Assembly: GCA_963731635.1 (NCBI GenBank)
Contig: CAVSWB010000002.1
Coordinates: 418,465 to 482,464, forward strand
Length of the DNA: 64,000 nucleotides
Direction of reading: 5' to 3'
Source of the DNA: an uncultured Chloroflexia bacterium
GTDB lineage: Bacteria; Chloroflexota; Limnocylindria; Limnocylindrales; CSP1-4
Each line of letters opens with the position of its first letter. The stretch's first letter is position 1. The position numbers and the translations under genes were made by a program. Of the stretch, positions 28,855-36,559 are shown one piece after another. A model generated the notes under the pieces. That model did no database searches. It worked only from the letters and a program-made list of their open reading frames with translations, and was not told the origin of the DNA.

Positions 28855-29782
28855 TCGGCCCGTCTCCGGCGCCGGTTCCTGCGTAGGCCGCCGGCGACCA
28901 GCTCTCGAACCCGAGCTGGACAAGACGGGCCTGGACGTCGTCAGCACTGATCCGCAGCCTGGTCAGTTCGTCCGCCTCAACCTCCACCCGGGCGTGGCTC
29001 CCGAAGTCTCGGACGCGGACCTGGGCAAAGCCGAGCGCTCGAAGGGCGAGTTCGGCCGCCTCGACCCGCCGCAGCCGATCGGCGGTTATCGGCTCGCCGA
29101 ATGGGATCCGGCTTGCCAGGCAGGCCGACGCCGGCCGATCCCAGCCGGAAATGCCCAGCGATCGAGCCAGGCTGCGCAGCTGGTCCTTGGTGATTCCGGC
29201 TTCGGCGAGGGGAGAGCGGACGTGGAGTTCGGCGCCGGCGGCCATGCCCGGGCGGTCGGTCCGGACCGTGTCCGAGGCGTTCGTGCCGTCGACGACCCAG
29301 GCGTATCCCTCGGCCCTCGCGGTCGCGGAGGCGGCGCCGTAGACCTCCAGCTTGCAGAAATAGCAGCGCGACCTGGGGTTGCGCGCATAGCGCGGATCGT
29401 CGAGCTCCTTGGTCGGGACCATGCGCCAGCGGGCCCCGTGGCGGCCGGCTTCGCCGGCGGCGACCGCCGCATCGGCGCGATCCCACGCCGGCACTGCGGC
29501 CGAGTCTCCGGTGAGGGCAAGGCAGCGCTCGCCCAGGATGGGCGACGCGACCGCCAGCAGAAAGCTCGAGTCGATTCCGCCCGAGAGCGCCAGGACGCAT
29601 GAGCCCAGCCCCTCGACGATCGAGAGCAAGCGCTCGAACCGCTCGATCGCCAGGGCGTCGGTCCCTGCCGGTCCGCTCTTCGCCAGCTCCAGCAGCAGAC
29701 GCGACGCCGTCGCGGTCGCGGTCGCGGTCGCGGTCGAGGTCGCTCCTGAGGTTCGGTTGGTCGGAGGGCCGTTGCCTGACAT
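28847..29782 (-). CDS. larE: LarE, ATP-dependent sacrificial sulfur transferase of NPN cofactor biosynthesis (PP-loop ATPase)
   Basis: PP-loop SGGIDSS. Conserved Cys-containing SACLASRIPFGEP matches the LarE sulfur-donor cysteine region. Overall LarE/QueC-like alpha/beta ATPase. The N-terminus carries a (Thr-Ala)n hexanucleotide repeat. Confidence 0.75.
   Translation of the reverse strand: MSGNGPPTNRTSGATSTATATATATASRLLLELAKSGPAGTDALAIERFERLLSIVEGLGSCVLALSGGIDSSFLLAVASPILGERCLALTGDSAAVPAWDRADAAVAAGEAGRHGARWRMVPTKELDDPRYARNPRSRCYFCKLEVYGAASATARAEGYAWVVDGTNASDTVRTDRPGMAAGAELHVRSPLAEAGITKDQLRSLARSLGISGWDRPASACLASRIPFGEPITADRLRRVEAAELALRALGFAQVRVRDFGSHARVEVEADELTRLRISADDVQARLVQLGFESWSPAAYAGTGAGDGPSA
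29711..29740. repeat. Hexanucleotide microsatellite (CGCGGT)x4 plus one imperfect unit inside the larE 5' region, encoding (Thr-Ala)n
   Basis: Seen directly: cgcggtcgcggtcgcggtcgcggtcgaggt. On the minus strand it encodes ...STATATATATASR in LarE. Confidence 0.6.
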
Positions 29783-29887
29783 CGGCCTGACGATACATCC
29801 TCTTCACCGTCCGCGCGCCGGGCGCTCTCGCCGGGCCGGGGGCCGCTCGGTGTAGAGTTGAGCCCTCGTACGAGGCGAGCCACGATC

Positions 29888-31258
29888 ATGAACCAGGACA
29901 CCGCCCACCCCACGGTCAAGCCCGAAACGCTCGCCGATCCGCCGGCTTCGGCCGCTGCGCCGACCCCGTCGCCGGCGTCCCACCTCGAGCCGTTCGCCGA
30001 ATTCATGGGCGGAACCCTGCCGCGCTGGGCGCTCGTCCGCCACCACATGCATGTGGACGAAGTGGCCGACGTGACCGCGGCGGTCGGCGAAGCGCTGGAG
30101 CCCGTTCGAGTGCTCATCCGGCCCGGTTCGCGCGTGTGTCTGGCGGTCGGCAGCCGCGGTATCGACAGGATCGATGAGGTCGTTCGCGCGGCGGTCGCCT
30201 GGGTCCGGTCAGCCGGCGCCGAGGTCTTCGTCGTGCCGTCCATGGGCAGCCACGGAGGCGCTACGGCGGAGGGCCAGCTCGAGGTGCTCGCGTCCTACGG
30301 CATGACTCCCGAATCGATCGGCTGCGAGATTCGATCGAGCATGGAGACGGTCGAGCTGGGCGAGGTTCGTCCCGGAATCCCGGTCTTCGTGGATCGCAAC
30401 GCTTTCGAAGGCGCCGACATCATCGTGCCGATCAATCGCGTCAAGCCGCACACGGACTTCAGCGGCGAGATCGAGAGCGGTCTCATGAAGATGATCGCGA
30501 TCGGGCTGGGTAAGCAAAAGGGCGCCGACACGTTCCATCGCCAGGGTTTCGCGACGTTCCATGAGCTGATTCCGATGGTGGCCGAGTTCACGCTCTCAAA
30601 GGCCAATATCCCGTTCGGCCTGGCCCTCGTCGAGAACGGCTACGCGAGGTTGTCGCGGATCGAGGCGGTGCCGCGGGACAGGATCTGGGAGCGCGAGCGT
30701 GAGCTGCTGGCGGAGGCTCGAGAGCAGATGGCGAGGCTTCCTCTCGCAAAAATCGACGTGCTGGTGCTCGACTACATCGGCAAGGACATCAGCGGCCTGG
30801 GCATGGATTCCAACGTGGTGGGCCGTTACTACACCGGGCCGACGGGCGACGGCCCGAGCATCCAGCGGATCGTCGTCGGCGATCTTACGGAGGAAACCGA
30901 GGGCAACGCCGTCGGCATCGGCATGGCCGACGTAGTGCTGAGGCGCGCGGTCGAGAAGATGGACTCGTACAAGACCTACATGAACTGCATCACGGCCAAG
31001 ACGCCGGAAGGCGCACGCGTGGCCCTGACCATGGATACGGACCGGCACGCCCTCCTCGTGGCAATCGCCTCCTGCCTCAAGGTAGAGCCGGCCACCGCCA
31101 GGATCGTCCGGATTCGCGACACCAAACACCTCGGGATGCTCTATGTGAGCGAGCCGGCACTCGCAGACGTGCTGGCGACGGGTCGTTGCGACATCGTGCG
31201 GCCGCTCGAGGCGATCGAGTTCGATCAGGGCGGGATGTACGCGTCGGCAGTGGGGTAG
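29888..31258 (+). CDS. LarA-family nickel-pincer-dependent 2-hydroxyacid racemase/epimerase homolog (DUF2088/LarA)
   Basis: Motif PINRVKPHTDFSGEIESGLMKMIAIGLG fits the LarA KPH...SGG-K region that tethers the NPN cofactor. Size of about 456 aa and domain order are consistent with LarA-family proteins. Gene is divergent from larE and larB. Start at the ATG giving MNQDTAHP. Confidence 0.65.
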   Translation: MNQDTAHPTVKPETLADPPASAAAPTPSPASHLEPFAEFMGGTLPRWALVRHHMHVDEVADVTAAVGEALEPVRVLIRPGSRVCLAVGSRGIDRIDEVVRAAVAWVRSAGAEVFVVPSMGSHGGATAEGQLEVLASYGMTPESIGCEIRSSMETVELGEVRPGIPVFVDRNAFEGADIIVPINRVKPHTDFSGEIESGLMKMIAIGLGKQKGADTFHRQGFATFHELIPMVAEFTLSKANIPFGLALVENGYARLSRIEAVPRDRIWERERELLAEAREQMARLPLAKIDVLVLDYIGKDISGLGMDSNVVGRYYTGPTGDGPSIQRIVVGDLTEETEGNAVGIGMADVVLRRAVEKMDSYKTYMNCITAKTPEGARVALTMDTDRHALLVAIASCLKVEPATARIVRIRDTKHLGMLYVSEPALADVLATGRCDIVRPLEAIEFDQGGMYASAVG

Positions 31259-31294
31259 GCGCCCGGGGCGCGTCTCGGGGCGGGCCAACTCGTC

Positions 31295-31984
31295 TCAGCG
31301 GAAGTCCTGCGCGTTGAACCACTTCCCGCTCGTGCCGTCCTCGAGCAGCACCGGAACGAGGGCGCCCGGCAGCACCGATTCCACAGCCCCGGGTGCCCTC
31401 GGGCCGCCGAGGTCGGTGCGCAGCCAGCCTGGATCGAGCAGGTTCAGGCACACGCCGGTTCCCGCCAGATGGGGCGCCATGTCGTACACGTACTTGTCGA
31501 GAGCCGCCTTGGACGCGGCGTAGGCCATGAGCTGCGGCTGGTCCTTGATGCCCGACGTGAGGTTCACCACCCGACCGAACTTCCGCTCGATCATGCCGGG
31601 AAGCAGCATGTTGGAAAGAGTGATGGGCGCGATGGCGTTCACCTGGAAGCTGAGCTCGTACTCGGCCGCGTCCGTGGTGAACATGTCCTCGTGCCAGGGC
31701 ATCTGGATGCCGGCGTTGTTGAAGAGGATGTCGATGCCGCCGGAGATTTCGAGGGCGTCCCGGCCCAGCGCGAGGACCTGCACCTGGTCCGAGAGTTCGG
31801 CCTCGAGCGCGTGCACCGTCAGGCCACGAGCCTTGAACCGGGCCACAAGCTCGGCCGTATGTTCGCGTTTGCGGCTGTGCAGGATCAGACGGCAGCCCAT
31901 GTCCGCCAGCGCCGCGGCAACCTGCCGGCCGACGCCTCGACTAGACCCGGTGAGCAGCACCCACTTGCCCGAAATATCCAACAT
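31295..31984 (-). CDS. Short-chain dehydrogenase/reductase
   Basis: LLTGSSRGVGRQVA Rossmann motif, NNAG, and catalytic S...YAASKAALD. Convergent with the LarA-family gene. Confidence 0.75.
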   Translation of the reverse strand: MLDISGKWVLLTGSSRGVGRQVAAALADMGCRLILHSRKREHTAELVARFKARGLTVHALEAELSDQVQVLALGRDALEISGGIDILFNNAGIQMPWHEDMFTTDAAEYELSFQVNAIAPITLSNMLLPGMIERKFGRVVNLTSGIKDQPQLMAYAASKAALDKYVYDMAPHLAGTGVCLNLLDPGWLRTDLGGPRAPGAVESVLPGALVPVLLEDGTSGKWFNAQDFR

Positions 31985-32111
31985 GCGATCTCCCATCGTT
32001 CGGCCACCGCCCGCGTCGACATGATCCCATGGCCGGGCGCGGCTCGAGGCACTGCGGGGTGGCAGGTTCTCGCCAGGGTCGCCCCAGGTAAACTGAGCGC
32101 GCCGGCGCCGC

Positions 32112-32197
32112 GGAGAGGTGGCAGAGCGGTCTATTGCGGCGGTCTTGAAAACCGCTGGACGAGAGTCCCGTGAGTTCGAATCTCACCCTCTCCGCCA
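32112..32197 (+). tRNA. tRNA-Ser (anticodon TGA)
   Basis: Acceptor GGAGAGG/CCTCTCC plus discriminator G and CCA. Anticodon stem-loop GCGGT-CTTGAAA-ACCGC with TGA centred. Long variable arm TGGACGAGAGTCCCG, T-arm GAGTTCGAATCTCAC. Class II tRNA length. Confidence 0.85.
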
Positions 32198-32210
32198 AGA
32201 TTGCCCTCGT

Positions 32211-33524
32211 GAAATGGCCCGTCTGGTGCATCGAGCCAGGTCAACGACAGAACACTGGCAGCTTCATGGCAGCTTCGCGAGTACAGTACGGAGCAAGAGC
32301 GAAGGTGCCAGGGTCGGACCGGAAGCCTTCACCGGCGCTCCTGTATCGGAGCAACGCACGGTGGACCAGGAGACCAAACGGCCGAGGCGGTCGGCCGGCG
32401 AAGGGGCCATCTACGAAACCGCGGATGGCCGGCTCCGCGGATCCGTTCTGGTTGACCTCCCAGACGGTCGCCAGAAGCGCGTCTATGTCAGCGGCCGAAC
32501 GCGAGCTGACGTCGTGCGGAAGCTCGACGCGAAGCGCAAGGAAAGCGCTGCCGGCGCGGTGACCGGCGAGACGCTCGGCGAGTATCTCGCCCGCTGGATC
32601 GTCGCCTGCAAGCCGCGTCTTCGGCCTGCGACGCACACCGAATACGCCCGCCACGTCGCCCAATACTGGGCCGCACTGGCCAGGACGCCACTGACACGCC
32701 TTCGGCCGCTTGATGTCGAGCAGAGGCTTGGACAGCTGCTCGAGCGCGGCCTCTCGCCTCAGACCGTCCGGCACGCCCGCTCAACGCTGCGGCGGGCGCT
32801 GAACGACGCAATCCGCGAGGGCATTCTGAACCGCAACGCTGCGGCGCTGGCGCGGCCGCCACGAGTCGCCGGCCGGGAAATGCGGGCGCTCTCCCCATCG
32901 GAGGCTGGCCGTCTCCTCTCGGGGACGGCTGAAGATCCTGGGGGGCCACTCTACGCCGTCGCTCTCGGTACGGGCTGCCGCCTCGGCGAGCTGCTCGGCC
33001 TCTCATGGGACGACATGGCCGACGACGGTGCCTCGATCGTCATCCGACGTTCGCTCGCCGCGGTAGACAACATCGACCCTGAGACCGGCAAGCGACACCG
33101 AACGTGGAGGCTGGCCGAGCCCAAGACGGCCAAGAGCCGACGGACCGTCATGCTCCCGACGATCGCGACTGAGGCCCTGAGGCGTCAGAAGGCCCGCCAG
33201 GCGGCCGCCAGACTTGCGGCCGGTGCAGCGTGGCAGGACCGGCACAACCTCATCTTCACCGACGCGTTGGGCCGCCCCGCGCGCCCGGACAATGTCTCGG
33301 GATACTTCCGCGCGGCGGTCGATAGGCTCGGCCTGCCACACGTTCGCTTCCACGATCTCAGGCATTCCGCGGCGACCCTCATGCTGTCCCAGGGCGTGCC
33401 GCTCAAGGTCGTGAGCGAGACCCTGGGTCATAGCTCGATCGCTATCACTGCCGACGTGTACCAGCACGTCACCCCGGATCTCCGGCGCGAGGCCGCCGAA
33501 GCGATGGACCGGGCCCTGAAGTGA
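32211..33524 (+). CDS. int: Tyrosine-type site-specific integrase
   Basis: C-terminal catalytic domain with R...HDLRHSAATLM...LGHSSIAITADVYQHV (R-H-R-Y tetrad) and an N-terminal SAM-like domain. Directly 3' of tRNA-Ser. Start set at the first ATG after the tRNA. Confidence 0.85.
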   Translation, partial: EMARLVHRARSTTEHWQLHGSFASTVRSKSEGARVGPEAFTGAPVSEQRTVDQETKRPRRSAGEGAIYETADGRLRGSVLVDLPDGRQKRVYVSGRTRADVVRKLDAKRKESAAGAVTGETLGEYLARWIVACKPRLRPATHTEYARHVAQYWAALARTPLTRLRPLDVEQRLGQLLERGLSPQTVRHARSTLRRALNDAIREGILNRNAAALARPPRVAGREMRALSPSEAGRLLSGTAEDPGGPLYAVALGTGCRLGELLGLSWDDMADDGASIVIRRSLAAVDNIDPETGKRHRTWRLAEPKTAKSRRTVMLPTIATEALRRQKARQAAARLAAGAAWQDRHNLIFTDALGRPARPDNVSGYFRAAVDRLGLPHVRFHDLRHSAATLMLSQGVPLKVVSETLGHSSIAITADVYQHVTPDLRREAAEAMDRALK

Positions 33525-33542
33525 CAGTGCGGCTGGCGGGCA

Positions 33543-33770
33543 TCAGCTTCGACCTGACGCGACCTCGCTGATGGCTGAGGACGGAACCAACCGTCGCCGG
33601 CCCACCTTCACACTCCGGATGCGTCGAGCCGAGATCTCCGAATACAGGGCCGACCGGCCGATCCCAAGAGCCCGGGCGGCCTCAGAGATGCTAAGCAGGC
33701 GATCTGGCTCGCGCGCGCTCGGACGAGCTTCAATGGCTATCTCATCGCGCAACGCCTCGACGAGTTCCAT
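33543..33770 (-). CDS. Excisionase/MerR-like HTH DNA-binding protein (Xis-like)
   Basis: LLSISEAARALGIGRSALYSEISARRIRSVKVGRRRLV is an HTH_17/excisionase-type motif. The longer 116-aa ORF is rejected because it overlaps the rep stop. Confidence 0.5.
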   Translation of the reverse strand: MELVEALRDEIAIEARPSAREPDRLLSISEAARALGIGRSALYSEISARRIRSVKVGRRRLVPSSAISEVASGRS

Positions 33771-33889
33771 GACGGCAGCACGCAGCCGGTGGCTCACCAG
33801 GTCAGGTTCGTTCCCGAATGGCCTGCTCGATGACTGGCGCTCGACTCGGTGTAGTCGCTCGGGGGAAGGCCCCCGCCTCTGCAGCTCGT

Positions 33890-35305
33890 TCATGGCGACG
33901 CGCGATTCCGAGACCAGTGGAGTCCCGCTTCACTGCGCCCCGAACGACCCGGCGAGAACGCGCTTGCTCGAAAGCCCGCGGCCACGGCCCGCTCAGCCGG
34001 ACTCAGCCCCGACCCGGCGTAGTGGAAGCTCCGTCGAACAACGATCTGGTCGCCTATGGCCTTGGTGCGAACCTCCGCTAGCCAGGGATCGGCCTGGGCT
34101 TGGTATTCCGCCCGGACGGCTCGGAGAGCCGAGAACGTTACGGAGTAGCGTCGGGCTTTGGTTAGGAAGTGGCCACGAAAGCCGAGGTTGTGCGCCCAGC
34201 GCGGGCTGATGGTCCAGGCAGATCGCATGAGCGAGCGGGCATGATCCGAGAGCTCGGCTCGCTCGATCACGGCGCCCACTCGGATCCGTTTGTCAAGTCC
34301 GCCCGCGGCTCCTGCGTCCTTTGTTGCGTACTTTGCTAGGTACGATGCGATTGCCGTCCGATCGCCGTCGTCACGGTTCGCGTTGCGCTCTACGGGCCGG
34401 ACGTCGACCTGCATGCCCCAGCGGATCATCAACTCGCGACCGTCGGGTCCTGCCACCGTCACCGCTACTCGCGCCGCGGTGCGGGCGACGGCCTCCGCTA
34501 GACGCTGCGCCGTCGCTCCGCCCGCCGGCGCGGTGTCGGGACCGTCGGGTCCGTCGAGCCGGATGACCGCATGGACGTGCACGGCACCACGGGCCTGGAA
34601 CTCCGCGACCTTGGCGTAGGCGATGCGGACCTGCGATCGCAGTAGCGCCACGCTAAGTCCGCCCAAGGCCGCGAGCTCGCGTGGTAGATACGTGATCGTT
34701 CGACGCCATAGGGCGCCGAGGTTCGCGTTCCACAGAGCCGCGGCCTCGTAGTCATAGCAGTCGGGGCAGATTGCCTGACCGATCCGGGGATCGCCGTCGG
34801 CATGGCGGTCGAGGCAACGCACCGACACTCCGTGTTCGCAGGTTTCCGCCGGATCATGTGGCCGGCAGGGGCGCACGCCACCCGCGTCGACGATGCGGCG
34901 ATGGACTGCGCCGAACGATGGTGCGGTGAACGTGGCGAACACGAGCGGATGCGAGGCGACAGAGGGCGAGACGCCTCGATCCTCGTCACCCGCCAACCCA
35001 GCCGCCACCAGGAAGTAGGCGTCGCGACGATATCGCTCCGAGCACGGTGGGCAGCGCGACTCGCGTCGGTTGCCGCAGGCGACGAGGACGAAGCCTGGGG
35101 CCTGCGCTCTCGTCGACCGCCGAGCCAGGACTGCTCCCGAGCGTCCCGAGACCGCGACCGACTCACCTTCGAGGCGGATCGGCGACGTGCAGCCGCCGGT
35201 TCGGCGGATCAACTCGACGACGGCCGGTGCGCCGGCGCCGTAGCGGCGTGTGAGCACCGCCCAGGACGCCGGCTCGAAGGTCGTGCGAGACGTAGCGACC
35301 AGCAT
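33890..35305 (-). CDS. Replication initiator protein of actinomycete integrative element type (RepSA/pSAM2-like)
   Basis: Conserved blocks FATFTAPSFGAVH, RCLDRHADGDPRIGQAICPDCYDYEAAALWN and GAVHVHAVIRLDG are typical of RepSA-like rolling-circle initiators. Start moved to the internal ATG (MLVATSR), dropping a 110-aa Arg-rich wrong-frame extension. Confidence 0.6.
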   Translation of the reverse strand: MLVATSRTTFEPASWAVLTRRYGAGAPAVVELIRRTGGCTSPIRLEGESVAVSGRSGAVLARRSTRAQAPGFVLVACGNRRESRCPPCSERYRRDAYFLVAAGLAGDEDRGVSPSVASHPLVFATFTAPSFGAVHRRIVDAGGVRPCRPHDPAETCEHGVSVRCLDRHADGDPRIGQAICPDCYDYEAAALWNANLGALWRRTITYLPRELAALGGLSVALLRSQVRIAYAKVAEFQARGAVHVHAVIRLDGPDGPDTAPAGGATAQRLAEAVARTAARVAVTVAGPDGRELMIRWGMQVDVRPVERNANRDDGDRTAIASYLAKYATKDAGAAGGLDKRIRVGAVIERAELSDHARSLMRSAWTISPRWAHNLGFRGHFLTKARRYSVTFSALRAVRAEYQAQADPWLAEVRTKAIGDQIVVRRSFHYAGSGLSPAERAVAAGFRASAFSPGRSGRSEAGLHWSRNRASP

Positions 35306-35315
35306 CACCCTTGCC

Positions 35316-35741
35316 TCAGGCGCCCTGCTCCGCGCGGTGGAGCGCCTGCGGGACCTGCCCTTTCGGCGTCGCTGCACGCACGGCAGTCGCTCGGAACGAC
35401 CAGGCCTGGCGCGGCCGGGATCCCGAGGTATCCACGTAGGCAGTCGCCGTGAGACCCTCGAACGACACCGCGGGGAACGGGGACCCCGCCGGAGCCTGGG
35501 GAAGAACGGGCGCAGTGCGAGACGCGATCTTGACCCGGACGACCTTGGTTCGCGCCTCGGGATCGGCGTCGAACACCGAGATCGCCCACAACGGAAGTCC
35601 CGAGTCTCGATCGTGCGCCTGGACCCGTTGCTCACGGGTCGAGGCCTCGAAGTCGATGACCTGCTCTACGCCGCCAACCGCGTATGCCCCATGCGGGAAC
35701 AACAGCTCGCTGGTGATGGGAATGTGTCTGCTAAGTGCCAT
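35316..35741 (-). CDS. Hypothetical protein (island-borne, upstream of rep)
   Basis: 141-aa ORF with coding-like composition, co-oriented and contiguous with rep (11-bp gap). No recognisable motif. Confidence 0.4.
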   Translation of the reverse strand: MALSRHIPITSELLFPHGAYAVGGVEQVIDFEASTREQRVQAHDRDSGLPLWAISVFDADPEARTKVVRVKIASRTAPVLPQAPAGSPFPAVSFEGLTATAYVDTSGSRPRQAWSFRATAVRAATPKGQVPQALHRAEQGA

Positions 35742-35837
35742 GACATTCGCTCCTATGTGGTTTGGAACAGCCAGAAACAGCCGACGCTTTGCTCACAGCT
35801 ATCGCCGTGAAGAGCTCGCGTAGGGGCTCTGAAATGT

Positions 35838-36185
35838 GGGGGCGAGCGCTCTCTTTTGGTCCGGTGTGCCTTACCGGGACCTGCGCCAATCGCCACCGAA
35901 AACGCTAGGCCGACCGATCCGGACAGTCAAGAAGTGTGCGTACGGCCTTGCGTACCATTTGCGGCACGAAATTCCCGAGCAATCGTCCGGAGTCTGCAAC
36001 TGGTCGTTCCAGTTCCATCGACAAGCTCGCGGAGGCGGTCCGGGAAAGTTGGGGCGAGCGCTCTCTTTTGGTCCGGTGTGCCTTACCTGGACCTGGGCCA
36101 ATCGCCACTGAAGACGCTAGGCCGACCAACTGGGAGAGTCAACGTCTTCTGCGTACCATTCGGCGTACCATCGGGAGCAGAATCC
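35838..36185. repeat. Two copies of a ~140-bp direct repeat (unit ggggcgagcgctctcttttggtccggtgtgccttacc-ggacctg-gccaatcgccac-gaa-acgctaggccgacc...) separated by ~70 bp
   Basis: Copy A runs from 35838 and copy B from 36047. The first ~100 bp are over 90% identical, then a divergent tail still shares gagtcaa...tgcgtaccat. Non-coding by ORF inspection. Lies between the rep cluster and the protease gene. Confidence 0.7.
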
Positions 36186-36559
36186 GGTTGAGACACCGTC
36201 AGGGGGTGTGGAAACGACACTCCTGAGCTCGGTGGCTGGCCGAGATCGCGCGCCAACCGCAGCTTCACGCCGGGCCTGTCGGTGTCAACGACGGCTTTCG
36301 CCAGATCGCTGCGACCGGCGAGTGTGGCCCGATGCACGGGGTCATCGGGCGGGTTCGCCTCTTATCGCCGCGATCCGCTCGTCGAAGCACCCCGGGAGGG
36401 GCGGTGGCTTGTTACGACTTTCTCTACGAGATCGAGATCGGGATCCAATACTTGACTATGGCAATGACAAGAGACCAAGATAGGCTGGCTTAGGGGGGAG
36501 CACCAATGAGGGTTTCCAGATCGGCGATCCGCCTCCTTGGGCACGGAAAGGGCGGTCCG

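Noticed and set aside
28078-28947. Full 289-aa LarB ORF starting at 28947
   Set aside because: That would overlap larE by 100 bp in another frame. A GTG near 28854 gives a LarB of typical size, translationally coupled to larE. The exact start remains uncertain.
32118-33524. Integrase ORF start at 32118, overlapping the tRNA-Ser gene
   Set aside because: The ORF is open through the tRNA only by chance. The first in-frame ATG after the tRNA (32211) gives a sensible N-terminus.
33890-35635. 581-aa version of the Rep protein, and the 116-aa version of the Xis-like protein (33543..33893)
   Set aside because: The N-terminal extensions are Arg-rich wrong-frame-like sequence and overlap the neighbouring genes. 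Internal ATG starts give compact, non-overlapping genes.
35836-36226. Small ORFs (91, 111, 96 aa) lying within the two ~140-bp direct repeats
   Set aside because: They overlap each other on both strands and have no coding periodicity or conservation between the two repeat copies at the protein level. The region is treated as non-coding repeat DNA.
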